The position numbers and the translations under genes were made by a program. Source: Carcharhinus amblyrhynchos (Eukaryota). Taken from it: DNA of 64,000 bases. The notes beneath the pieces were generated by a model, which was given only the letters and a program-made list of their open reading frames with translations, was not told the origin of the DNA and made no database searches. Shown here piece by piece: positions 52,680 through 64,000 of this stretch (position 1 is the first letter of the stretch; the number at the start of each line of letters is the position of its first letter). The DNA lies in the NCBI GenBank assembly GCA_965287045.1, contig OZ336878.1, positions 36,642,001 through 36,706,000 on the forward strand, given 5' to 3'.

Positions 52680-54615
52680 TAGTACTGAAGACTTGTGCTC
52701 CAGAATTTGCTGTGACTCTAGCCAATCTGTTCCAATACAGTAACACAGTCATCTCCCTGGCAATGTGAAAAATTGCCCAGGTCTGTCCTGTGCAGAAAAA
52801 GCAAGACAAATCCAACCCAGCCATTTACCACCCCGTCAGTTTACTCTTGATCATCAGTAAAATGATGGAAGGGGTCTTCAACAGTGCAATCCAGCCACAT
52901 CTGTTTAGCAATAACCTGCTCACTGACACTCAGTTTGGGTCCTGCGAGGGCCATTCAGCACCTGACCTCATAACAGCCTTGATTCAAACATGGACGAAAG
53001 AGCTGAATTCTAGAGGAAAGGTGAGGGTGACTGCCCTTGACCAAGTGTGGCATGAAGGAACCTAACAAAACTGCAATAAGTGGGAATCAGGAAAAAAACT
53101 CTTCACTGGTTGGGGTCATACCTAACAGGAAGGAAGATGGTTGTAGTTGTTGGAAGTCAGTCATCGTAAATCCAGGACATCACTGCAGGAGTTCCTCAGG
53201 GAATATCCTTGGCCAAACCATCTTCAGTTGCTTTATCAATGACCTTCCTTCCATTGTAAGGTCAGGAGTAGGGAAGTTCAGTAATGTTTGCACAATGTTC
53301 AGCATGATTTGCAGCAGATATTGAAGCAGTCCACGTCAAAATGCAGGAAGACCTGAACAATACCCAGGTTTGGGCTGATAATTAACATTTGTGCCATACT
53401 AGTGCCAGGCGATGACCATCTCCAACAAGAGAAAATCTAATCATATCCCCTTGGCATCCAATGGCATTACAATCAATAACTTACATAAGAACATAAGAAA
53501 TAGGAGCAGGAGTAGGCCATCTAGCCCTTTGAGCCTGCCCCGCCATTCAATAAGATCATGGCTGATCTGTCATGGCTCAGTTCCACATTCCCGCCCTCTC
53601 CCCATAACCCTTAATCCCCTCGCTTATCAAAAACCCATCAACCCGCGTCTTAAAAATATTTAGCGAGGCAGCGTCCACCACTTCAACGGGCAGAGAATTC
53701 CAGAGATTCACCACCCTTTGAGTGAAGAAGTTCCTCCTCAACTCCGTTCTAAACCGCCCCCCCTTTATCTTGAGGCTGTGCCCCCTAGTCCTACTGTCCT
53801 TTCTGAGCGGGAAGAGTCTCTCCACCTCTATCCTATCCATCCCATTCATCATCTTATATGTCTCAATGAGATCTCCCCTCATTCTTCTAAACTCTAACGA
53901 GTACAAGTCTAGTTTATTCAGCCTCTCCTCATAGCTCAACCTTTTCAACCCATTATTAATATCCTGGCAGTTACGATTGATCAGAAACAAGCCAGATAAA
54001 TACTGTGGACACAAAAGTAGGTCAAAAGCTAGGAATCCTGTGGCAAGTAACTCATCTCCTGACTCCCCAAAGCCTGTCCACAATCTACAAGGCACAAGTA
54101 AGGAATGTGATGGAATACATTCCACTTACCTGGATGAGTGCAGCTCCAATAACACTAAAGAAGCTTGATACTATCCAGGATAAAACAGCCTGCTTGAATG
54201 GCATTCCTTCTGCAAATATTCAATCCCTCTACCACCAACAAACAATGGCAGCCATGTGTACCATCTATAAGGTGCACTGCAGGAATTCCCCAAGGCTACG
54301 TCAACAGCACCTTCCAAACCCATGACCGTTACCATCCAGAAGGACAAGAGCAGCAGATACATGGGAACAGCACTACCAGGATGTTCCCCTCCAAGCCACA
54401 CACCATCTTAACTTGGAAATATATCACCTTTCCATCACTGTCATTGGGTCAAAATCCTGAAACTCCATCTTTAACAGGACTCTGCGTGCACCTATATCAA
54501 ATGGACTGCATCATTTTAAGAAGGCAGTTCACCACCACCACTACCTCAGGGACAATTAGGGTTGGGCAATGAATGCTGGCCCAGCCAGTGAAGCCCAAAT
54601 CCCATGAATAAAAAG
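52680..54615 (+). mobile_element. Second-lineage CR1/L2-superfamily LINE 3' half in COA7 intron 2
   Basis: KQDKSNPAIYHPVSLL, FINDLPS, YKAQVRNVMEY peptides; 3' end gggcaatgaatgctggcccagccagtgaagcccaaatcccatgaataaaaa. Confidence 0.75.
53483..53942 (-). mobile_element. Young CR1 3' fragment (COA7 intron 2, antisense)
   Basis: Reverse complement of the same subfamily; cataagaa tail repeats at the left end. Confidence 0.9.
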
Positions 54616-55172
54616 AAACATTTTCTGCACTGATACAGGGGTCAAATTGAGCACTCATTGATTCATATCAGCTCCATACCTCATAGTTACCACCATACAT
54701 GTTCAATATTGCCATTGCAAAAAATATAAAGCACATTTGTGAAAATGCTGCTGCAAAATAGTTAATAATTTAAAATTGCGGTCTTGACACCAAAGACCGT
54801 GTGTCTAATTTTTATCGCTGAAAATGCTCTGATCATTACTGTTCAGATAAAAACAAAGTCTGCATGGTAATTCTGTTTTATGTTTTTTACAATCTAACTG
54901 AGCATCAGAAATTTTTGCATGAAATCTATCCCATTTTTCTGAAGCCTTAATAATATTTAAATAGACTGAACATCCAATCACTGCATTGTGTCTTGACTAA
55001 TGAACTTAATCTTATTGTTAAACATTGATTTTAGCAATTGCATTGGTTGATGTTTTAGCTGATTGAACTAATGTGTTTTCTGACATTAAGTTAATAGAGC
55101 AATATGTTTGTGCCCAGCAATAAATAGTAATATATATTTGAACAAATCTGAATATTTGATATTTTAACTCAG

Positions 55173-55621
55173 GTGGATTACAGCCGAATCTGAAGACTGC
55201 CTACGAATGTTTTGTTAAATCATGTGAAAAAGATGGTAAGAAGTCCTTTGATGCCTGCCACAATGCTGGATTGTTAGCTCAAGATGGACAAGTATTCAAT
55301 AATGAACCAGACCCCGTGAAAGCCAGAGATTACTACACCAAAGCCTGCAATGGGAATTTTGTAGCCAGCTGTTTTAATCTAAGTACTCTCTACATTCAGG
55401 GAGCACCAGGAGTGGCCAAGGATATGGTCAAAGCCCTAAAATATTCTCTTAAAGCATGTGATCTGGGGCATATTTGGGCGTGTGCAAACGCTAGTCGAAT
55501 GTACAAATTAGGAGAGGGTACATCTAAGGACAACGAAAAAGCTGAACTTTTCAAAAACAGAGCAAAAGCTTTGCATAGGGACCAAAAGGAATTTTCACAA
55601 CAATTAAAGTTTGGCCAGTAA
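55173..55621 (+). CDS. COA7: COA7 exon 3 (Sel1-like repeats, stop codon)
   Basis: [39 protein letters not shown]...[21 protein letters not shown]...LKFGQ*; total CDS 696 nt = 231 aa. Confidence 0.96.
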
Positions 55622-56282
55622 AATCAAATTCTGACAACTTTTTAAAATTGGTATCTGTGTTTAAAAAATCATATTGCCTTGTGTAAATCTTGGGTGAGGA
55701 CATAATTGGACTTTGATTTTCTGTGATCATATACCCTGATAAAACTTGCACATGAATGATGATCATGAAGAGGAAGAAGCAGCGGGTGATTAGTGCCTGT
55801 GGAACAGTATGCCAGCAGGAAACACGTTCTTCTAAAGGAGTTGGAGAAGCAAGTACTAAAGAGAATCAAAAGAGCTGAACTTTAAGAAGTATGTAGAATA
55901 TGCTCTGTGATCTGCCTTTGTTAATCAAAAATTATAGAAATCCTCATCGGTCTGGTGTTTTTTTAAACTTGTAATTGTGATATCTGTCTTCAAATTGCAC
56001 CCCAAACATTAAGTGGGTAAAGAAGTAATATTTCCCACTGTAATTAGCTGTAGTCCAGAAAGGACCATAGACACTTTCTCCACTCACATCAAGGAAAAGA
56101 TAAGGCAAGGAGGCCTGCGTCCAGGAACTGACTCATCCAGCATAGGAATGAACCTGCACTATCAGCGTCGTTCTGCACCACACTCTAGCCAACTGAGCTA
56201 ACCAGCCCCCACAAGTTTCCCACTGGTGACCCCAGTAACAAATGTTGTACATTTTTTATGTTTGATTGAAATAGTGGATGGG

Positions 56283-56339
56283 AATAAAGTTATCTAAAAC
56301 CCTCAAATTACCCCACTTCTTGAACCTTGTTATAATAAA
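56283..56339 (+). terminator. Candidate COA7 polyadenylation signals
   Basis: AATAAA at 56283-56288 and 56334-56339, about 0.7 kb after the COA7 stop. Confidence 0.4.
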
Positions 56340-56794
56340 GGCGAGTTTCTGCAGATGCTGGAATCTGAAACAATAACAGAAACAGCTCTGACAAAGGGTC
56401 ACCCAGACTTAAAACATTAGCTGTATTTTCTTTCCACACCAATTAATTTTGATAACTTGACCATTTGTTAAATATTTAATCAATGTATAGAATATGAAAA
56501 GGATATTTTTTATTATCTACCAAGGACTCTACCCACATGTTTAATTATCTGAGGGGAAAATTCCCAGAAGCAAGTTCTAGTAAGGAAAGTTGAGCAAATA
56601 ATGTAAGAGCAGAATATTCAGGAAAATAAGAGTATAACATTATTAGATTTAGAATAAAAATTGAAAAAAAAGCAGACAAAGACAAAAATACTTAACTGGA
56701 ATAAGGCCATTTCCAAAGAGATGAAAAGGGAACAAATCCAGATGAATTGAAGATAAGGCAGTGAACAAAAAAATGGGAACTGTTCAAAAATCAT

Positions 56795-57075
56795 GTCCCT
56801 ACAGTGCAGAAGGTGCCATTTGACCCATCAAGTTGGCACTGACTCTCTGACAGAGCAACTTTAGGTCCATCTCCCTGCCCTATCTCTGTAACCCCATACA
56901 TTTACCCCACTAATCCCCCTAACCTATACATCTTGGGATTGTGGGAAGAAACCTAAGCACCCAGAAGAAACCCACACAGATGTGGGGAGTATGTTCAAAT
57001 GCACACAGTCAACCAAGGCAGGAATTGAACCCAGGTCCCTGGACCTGTAAGGCAGCAGTGCTAACCACAGTGCCA
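56795..57075 (-). mobile_element. HE1-type V-SINE
   Basis: gtggcactgtggttagcactgctgcc head, V-domain, CR1-like tail. Confidence 0.8.
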
Positions 57076-60000
57076 CAGTAAAAGTTAGAATTCCTTGGAT
57101 AAAAGTAGAGAAATTCAAATTAAAATAACATTGGAAGAGGCAAATGACAATTGTAGAGCAACTGTGCAAAACTGATTGGTAATAATAAATTATGAAGGAT
57201 TTTAGAGACATAAGTCACTAATTGTTTAAAGAAGAATAAATGGAAGGTGAAAGAATAGCAGAGAAGTTAAATGAATATCTTGTCTCCATTTTTGCAGAAA
57301 ACTGTTAGTATAAATAGCAGAATACAAGAAGAGGAGATATGAAAAAGAGGAACTATAGATAACTAGATAAAAGACTTTAGAAAGCTGGCCTGGATTGTGT
57401 TCAGGTGTCCTCTTCATTTCTGCACAGCCACTGATGGTGGACATTTTCAGGGTGAGGGCCCTATACACTTTTTGCTGTTTTTCACACTTCTACTAAGCAC
57501 AATAAATATCGGGCCTTATCCCTGCATATTGCAGAGAATAGATTTTTCAGTGTTACAGCATCCCTGACTATGTAAGCTGCAAACTAACTGAAAGGACTGA
57601 AGTACAGGAGAAAACATGGTAGGTTATTTTGGGCATTCTTGATTTGATGTAATATATCATGGAGAGGTAGGATTTGAGATTTGCTTTCGAGCTCCCCTTG
57701 TGATGAATTCAAAACCTTTTGGGAAAAAGTAATGGAATCTGAAGTTTACATCCTACTGTTACACTACAGCATTATCAGATTCTTGAGCCTAGGTTGTGCT
57801 TTCACCTACAAAAATGTTCACATGCTGGAGAGGCTTATGAAAAAAAAGAATGAGATAAAATAGTGTGCATCAACAATCATTTAACTTACTGTTACGTAAA
57901 AACAAAAGTCTAGCATTTATTTAGCACCTTTCAAAGTCTGGCCAGTAAGTGTCAGTTCAAATATTTAACTCAATGTAAAATAATGAACAGAGAGCAAAAT
58001 AAATATGGGTTTGAGTGAAATGAAAAAGTTTTCAAATAATGCTACTTTAATCTTTTTTAAATCTCCATCAATAATTGTAAAAGATAAATACAGAGAGTTT
58101 GCCAATAATTAAGACTTAACACAAGGTTAAAAATTCATTTACACAGGAATGGACAAGCTCTAAATTTTTCTGGCTAGTTTAGTTAGAATCATAAGTACAG
58201 CAACTTCACATTTTTCAATGCGAGGTCTCAGTGAGATGCCAATACAGTGCTACATCTGGGGAACAGAAAAACTCAAGCAGCAACTTCCTGATTTTCATAT
58301 TTTTCATATTTAACTAAGCATGTGTGGTCATCGTTAATTGCTGTCAGATGATTGCAAGTAGTCTCACTGTTAATGGTACTTTTGATCTTGAGGTCACAGC
58401 CTCAGATTCTATGAGAGTTGTGTTCTGACACAGGATGTCTCTCTATCCTATCCCTGACACCAATCTACTGCCCCTTCCCTTGGACACTAATAAATCTATT
58501 CCATATCATAAGAATCCCTTCATGTAATTATGATGATACAGAGAACATCTGAAGTTATTAGTCATTAGTCAGATGTAGAAGGCAGTGAAGTTCCCATCAA
58601 AAACATACCACTTAACAGCAAGGCCCTGATGAAGAATTCATTTCAGATATCATAACTTGACAGTTTTCTTCACTTACTTACCTGCCTTGTATTTTTGGTG
58701 CAGGTCCAGTGTCTGTTTATAGCTGTTCCATCTTCCTAAATTATTAAATCTGGGCAGTCATTAGAAAGCTCTCAATGGTGGTCAAACCCCTTTTTCATGG
58801 AATGTCCCGTGCATAACTTGACCAGTCTTCCATACCAAAGGGAGGCAGGATCTTGCACAATTCAGTTCTGATCCAAGCTATTGAATGGAAAGAACAGATT
58901 GGATGGTATTGGCCATACCTTAAAGCAGTATGATTGATTTCTCAGCCTGTGGTTGCTTTGGTTATCCAGAAAGCTCATTTTGAAGAGTTCCTTCTTTAGA
59001 AGGTGCCCACTTTTCCCTCAGCTGAGTTTTTCTTTTTGTTGATAAACTGATTGGTTTTCAGATAAGTTCTTGTTCTGTTGATGCTCTCATATAAAGAAGA
59101 AAGCAGAGCAAATTCACCATGGTTCTATTGGAAATTTATCTAACATGTTTTACATTAAAACAAGGATTTAAAAGTGACATACTTACTTGGAAAAAATACT
59201 TGTTAAAACATATCTTATTTTCTCCATTATTTTCCTCTGTTTATGTTTTTCCAATATCAAATACCTCATTCCATATATTCAATGTATTTCTAGGCCACAG
59301 CTTATGTTACTCTTAAACTGGCCTTTGTCATTTGGGACATCAACATCACTGGGACCTTGTTATTTGGGAAAACCTGTATCATCTGAGTCTATGACACGCT
59401 TTGGAGAACCACAGTGGATCATTGAATCACCATTACTTTGTCTATTGTTAGCTTTTTAAACAGAAAAATACTGTTTGAACTGCAACAAAAGCAAATTACT
59501 CATTAATATAAAATTCACATCTTTGTTACAAACAATGGAGTTGCAAAGAATGGTTGTCTGATGGGACAATCAATACAGAAAATGAGATGCAAAGATAAGG
59601 TAATTTGTGGCTGTGATCAGCAGATCTATGAATTTGGCTATTTCTTGGTAAGAAAACCTAAAGTAATCTGCCCCTAATTAGTTGGAATGCTTGCAGTATT
59701 CCAGCTTGACTCTTACTCTGCTATGTAAAGCCTAACATAGCACTAATCTATTATTAAATCTATTTGAATAATTGTAATTGTTATGTTAATGAGGTTTAAT
59801 TATAGGATCACCATGTAAGAATTTGTTTTCTCAGAGAGTCTCCGTTACGTAGAATTTACTGTCACCAAAATAATGCCTCTCCGTAGAAAGGTTGGAGGGT
59901 TAAGGCCATTTGATTGTCTCTTGGAAATCATTTTATTAAGTGTATGCATGTTTGCTTAAAATCAGTGATGAATTTATATCATTGGATATGTGAACTGGTC

Positions 60001-61330
60001 AATGATCAAAAGATCACAAACATTGGACACCTATTCTTGAATTGTGGCATCTCAAGTTGTAGTGATTTACTGCTTTTTACATTTCTTCTTCCTGAATCTC
60101 ATTACTTATCTCTATAACCAGGTCTCTCTATATGTTATGTTTTGATTTTCTTATTGTTAAATTATGTTATTTTGCTTGTTTGTTAGGCTTTTTGTATCTT
60201 GTTTCTTCACTTCTGAGTTTCTGATTTGGTATCTATTTACCTTATTTATTTTGTCAGTTTAATCTTACGTTTCAGACTTATTTGGTTTTATTGTATTAAT
60301 TTTACCTAACTGCATTTCAAAAACCCTAATTCCCACAGTGACCCCCACCCCCCCACTCCCACAATTATTCTTTAGCATGGAACTGAGGAATATTAAGGGA
60401 CATGGGTTCAATAAACAGGATAGCCACACATAAAGAAAAGTTCAGCAGTTGCATACAAAATAACCACATGCTATCTTTTGCAATCACGTGGGATAACAGA
60501 GCGAATGACTAACATTTATGTTGAAAGCTTTAAAGATGCATCATCTCATACCTAAATCCAAGATATTTCCTAATACCATAAGACAGGAAGGACGACCATT
60601 TTTTTGTGTCCACAAAGCCGGTAATTCCCATGCAATCTGGAACACTTGAGAATGTGTATGAGATGGGGTTGCGTAACGTACAACCTGAAAAAGCAAGCGG
60701 ATTGTAACATCGAACCACACAGGGTACTTTAAATTTTGATGTAATTGTAACCATGTTGAAGATTCAGCATCATGAGTGGCAAAAATCATTGGTATTTGAA
60801 GTTGTAAAATCTGATGCATAAACTACATTCAAAATCATCAACACCAGGTATGATGTAAAGTCAGGAAGTGTAACAAAGGGACAACTTTAAGATAATCCTA
60901 TTTTAAAGTTTATGAACCACAGCTTATATTTCTTAAATCTACAATGCAGTAACGGTATTTGGATCAGATTGGGACATAGAAAATGTTCTTGAAGGTTTAT
61001 TGTCGCAATTACTGAATTAGAAAGTTCCATTTATGGCATCACTTAGGATCTTGTAAGGTCCTTGTCCCTGAATAAGGGAGCGGAAAACAGCCACAGTTCC
61101 TTTGCCAAATTGCTCAGCAGTGACCCCTGCTGGAAAGTATCTCTTCGACTATCAGTTAAGTAGAGGATCTCGTTGGCTGTGTTGCTCAAAATAGCTTGCC
61201 AGTTTTCAATGTCTGCACTCATACATTAAGAATGTGAACTTTGGGAGCGATACCAATAGATTTGGGACTTCAAACCATATTCAAGAAAAATCAACTTCAG
61301 GACAGGAATTCAGAGAAATAGGGGTGACTT

Positions 61331-61630
61331 GGTGGCACAGTGTTTGGCACTGCTGCCTCACAGTGCCAGGGACCTGGGTTCAATTCCCCATTCGGGTCAC
61401 TGTTTGTGTGGAATATGTATGTTCTCCTTGTGTCTGCGTGGGTTTCCTCTAGGTGCTCTGGTTTCTTCCCACAGTCCAAAGATGTGCGTGTTAAGTCAAT
61501 TGGCCATGTTAAATTGCCTCTTGGTATCAGGGTAAATAAGTAGGGTTATGGGGATAGTGCCTGGTGGGGATTGTGATTGGTGGAGACTTGATGGGCTGAA
61601 TGGCTTCTGCACTGTAGGGATTCGATATAC
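61331..61630 (+). mobile_element. HE1-type V-SINE
   Basis: ggtggcacagtg head, V-domain, gggctgaatggc...ctgtagggattc tail. Confidence 0.8.
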
Positions 61631-62779
61631 TATGGCCTGAATTTTGCTGATTTGGCGGATAGCCTGACATCGGCAGGAAATGCATGTTGCTGGCGCACGT
61701 GGGTCACCAGCATGCCTTCCCACTGAATGTTACAGGTTGCAGCCAATTGTCTGTCACCAGAACCACCATCCTATTCATGCCATCAGCACCTTCAGCACTG
61801 CCATCAGGTGTGACGGCCACTTTGAGGTAGGCTGGGGCCCTGCAGCCGACAGCAGGTGCGAAAATAAACCATTAAAAATAAATTGAGGACTGAGAACTGG
61901 CAAGGGAATCTCTCCTGGGATATGGTCAAGGCTGTAAAGCTGCCTTTCTGGTCCACAATCACTTCTTTGATCTAACTAAACCACCCCCCTCCCCCACCCA
62001 CACCCCCACACACACAAGCACACACAGCCATCCGATGCTGCTTGGAGGTCACCTCCGTTAGCTGGCAGCCACACCACATGATGGAGAGTCAGTCAACTGA
62101 TCGCCAGCAAAATGAAGACAGTACCAGAAAATGGCCTTTGCACATTTAAATTGGTTGCCTGCCTCTTTGCAATGGGCAGTGAATCTCATTGACATGGGAC
62201 GTGGTCGAGCAGCCAATCCAAAATGGTTCCTTGTGATTTTACTGGTCCCCTCACGTCCCTGGGGCTAATAAAATTCTGATTTTTCTCATTGGTTTCCAAG
62301 TAGTTAATGCCTGTATAGATATTGATTACTGTAGCAGGAAGCTAAGCTAAGGAGCAACACTTCTTTATCAAGCATTATATTGATAAGTGTTGCACGGGTA
62401 GTGAGAGAGACCTTATCCTGAGTCAGACACAATCCAATTGGGGATATTTGAGAACTTGGAACAAAGTGGGAATTCGGTGCATAGGGGAAGGAGGTGCTCT
62501 TTTGCTTTCTAAGTTTTTTCACCCTTCAGAATGTGGTCTTGCCCTGCTGCAGGTGAAGAAGCTAATTATTTAGTGACTATTTCAGCTACTGTGATGCAGC
62601 AGTGGAGGAAAAAAGACAACCGTATTGTCACAGCAAACTGATAGGTTAACTTACTGGTAAGAGCTTAGTTTAAGGGACAATGCATGAAAAACTAGTGTCT
62701 GGAATGAGGAGGAGTTAGGACCTAAATAGTAAGGTAATAACATAGAGTTAATGCATAAGTAGTGAAGTTAAGACATAGC

Positions 62780-63850
62780 AGAGCAGCTCAGTTGAGTGGA
62801 ATGCATGCCCTATAGTATGTGTGAAGTCATGGGCGCTACCAGTGTCCTAGAAAACCACATGTGCAGGAAGTACTGCCAGCTGCAGAAACTTGAGCTCCAG
62901 GTTTCAGAGTTTGAGTGGTGCCTGGAGTCACCGTGGTGCATCTGCGAGGCTGAGAATTAAGTGGGTCGCAGATCAGAGAGGTGATCACACTGCAGCTTAA
63001 ATGCCTGGAGGCAGAGAAGCGAGGGCTTTAGATTTGTTGGACACTGAGGCTGGCTTTGGGGAGATGACACCTGTACAAACTGACAGACTGCATCTGAATA
63101 GAGGTGAAACCAAATGGTTTGCAAGGTGTTTTGCTTGGTGCTTTTGGGATGGCTTTAATCTATTTCAGCAAGGGTGTGGGAAGTGGGAGGAATCATTAGA
63201 GGAGAATACCAAGATGCACAAAATACTGGATAGGACAGAAAGCATGAGTATAGAGAATAGTATGGCAATAGGTGAAGACAAAGTAAGGGAGAAAGTAATG
63301 ATATTTGAATCTAGGTTACTGTGCATGTATGTGATGGAGCATAGTAAATAAGATTGGGAGTTAAGGGTGCAAATTGCATCGCATAAGTATTTTGTGGAGA
63401 TAACAGAGACATGGTTCAAGGAAGGACAAGACATTTGTTAAATATTCCTGCTCAGAAAAAGATAGGAAAGGGGGAGAGGTGGCAGCATTAGTTAGGGAAA
63501 GCATTACAGTGCTGCAGAAAGAAGATGCCCCAGAGCATTAAAGGACAGAATCAATTTGACTAGAGTTAAGGAACAAAAATGGTGCAATTACATTGCCTCT
63601 AGACCGCCAGCTAGTGGGAAGGATATAGAACAGTGGTCTCCAAACTCTGATCTGGATGCAGCCTACTGCAGGCCGGATGTGGCCCACGGGCCATAGTTTG
63701 GAGACCCCTGATATAGAAGAACAAATGGTGCTGGCCATAAAAGACAGGGGAAGGGCACTAAGTCATGATGCTTGTTTGGACAGCTGGAGCAGACAAAATG
63801 GGCAAACGGCCTCCTTCTACATTATAATAGTTCTGTGATTTCTGTCCATG
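62780..63850 (+). mobile_element. Old, internally deleted CR1 (ORF1, EN and 3' UTR remnants)
   Basis: Cys-rich ORF1 start remnant, ITETW and GGEVAALV EN motifs, CR1 tail at about 63780-63845. Confidence 0.6.
63631..63710. mobile_element. 80-bp hAT (Charlie-type) MITE
   Basis: TIRs CAGTGGTCTCCAAACT / AGTTTGGAGACCCCTG; perfect 8-bp TSD ATATAGAA (63623-63630, 63711-63718). Confidence 0.88.
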
Positions 63851-64000
63851 CGATTGTGCTAAATTGTAAAATGTAACTTCACCAATTGTCTAGTAACTTC
63901 ATCAAGATGCAACCACTGCTTCTGCGATAAGCCAATCAAATACAACTCCAGGCTGGAAGACTGGGGAAAAGTCCTATCACCTCACATTGCCTGACAACAT

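Noticed and set aside
58626-58670. CTGATGAAG hammerhead-like start
   Set aside because: No convincing stem II or GAAA follows.
59280-59360. Possible terminal exon of SHISAL2A/FAM159A on the minus strand (GPSDVDVPNDKGQF...)
   Set aside because: The acceptor is weak and there is no convincing similarity; only synteny suggested it.
61634-62280. GC-rich block with possible short TIRs (similar block at about 51025-51455)
   Set aside because: Probably a non-autonomous DNA transposon, but the termini and TSD are too degenerate to support a call.

Overview
Eukaryotic, repeat-rich vertebrate DNA; the CR1/HER1-type LINEs, HE1-type V-SINEs, DeuSINE and Penelope remnants point to a cartilaginous fish (shark). 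Two protein-coding genes lie head-to-head around a GC-rich, CCAAT/GC-box promoter. ZYG11B (minus strand) has 12 coding exons in the window, from an ATG-only exon 1 at 47513-47515 to exon 12 at 2398-2527; its last exons lie left of the window. COA7 (plus strand) is complete: 3 exons, 48143-55621, 231 aa. All exon boundaries were read as GT-AG with consistent phase. The rest is transposon-derived: a near full-length CR1-type LINE (about 27249-32003), a very young CR1 subfamily, nested LINEs, SINEs, a tRNA-Val pseudogene and an 80-bp hAT MITE. The most notable observations are: (1) a U2 snRNA-derived retroposon with an 11-bp TSD; (2) consensus splice sites that bracket both ORFs of the full-length LINE, whose 3' UTR carries a V-SINE-like domain; (3) a U-UUA-AAC slippery site plus G-tract at the CR1 ORF1/ORF2 junction; (4) a hammerhead-ribozyme insertion; (5) inverted repeats around COA7 exon 2. 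Repeat boundaries are approximate. Family names come from recalled consensus sequences, not database searches.
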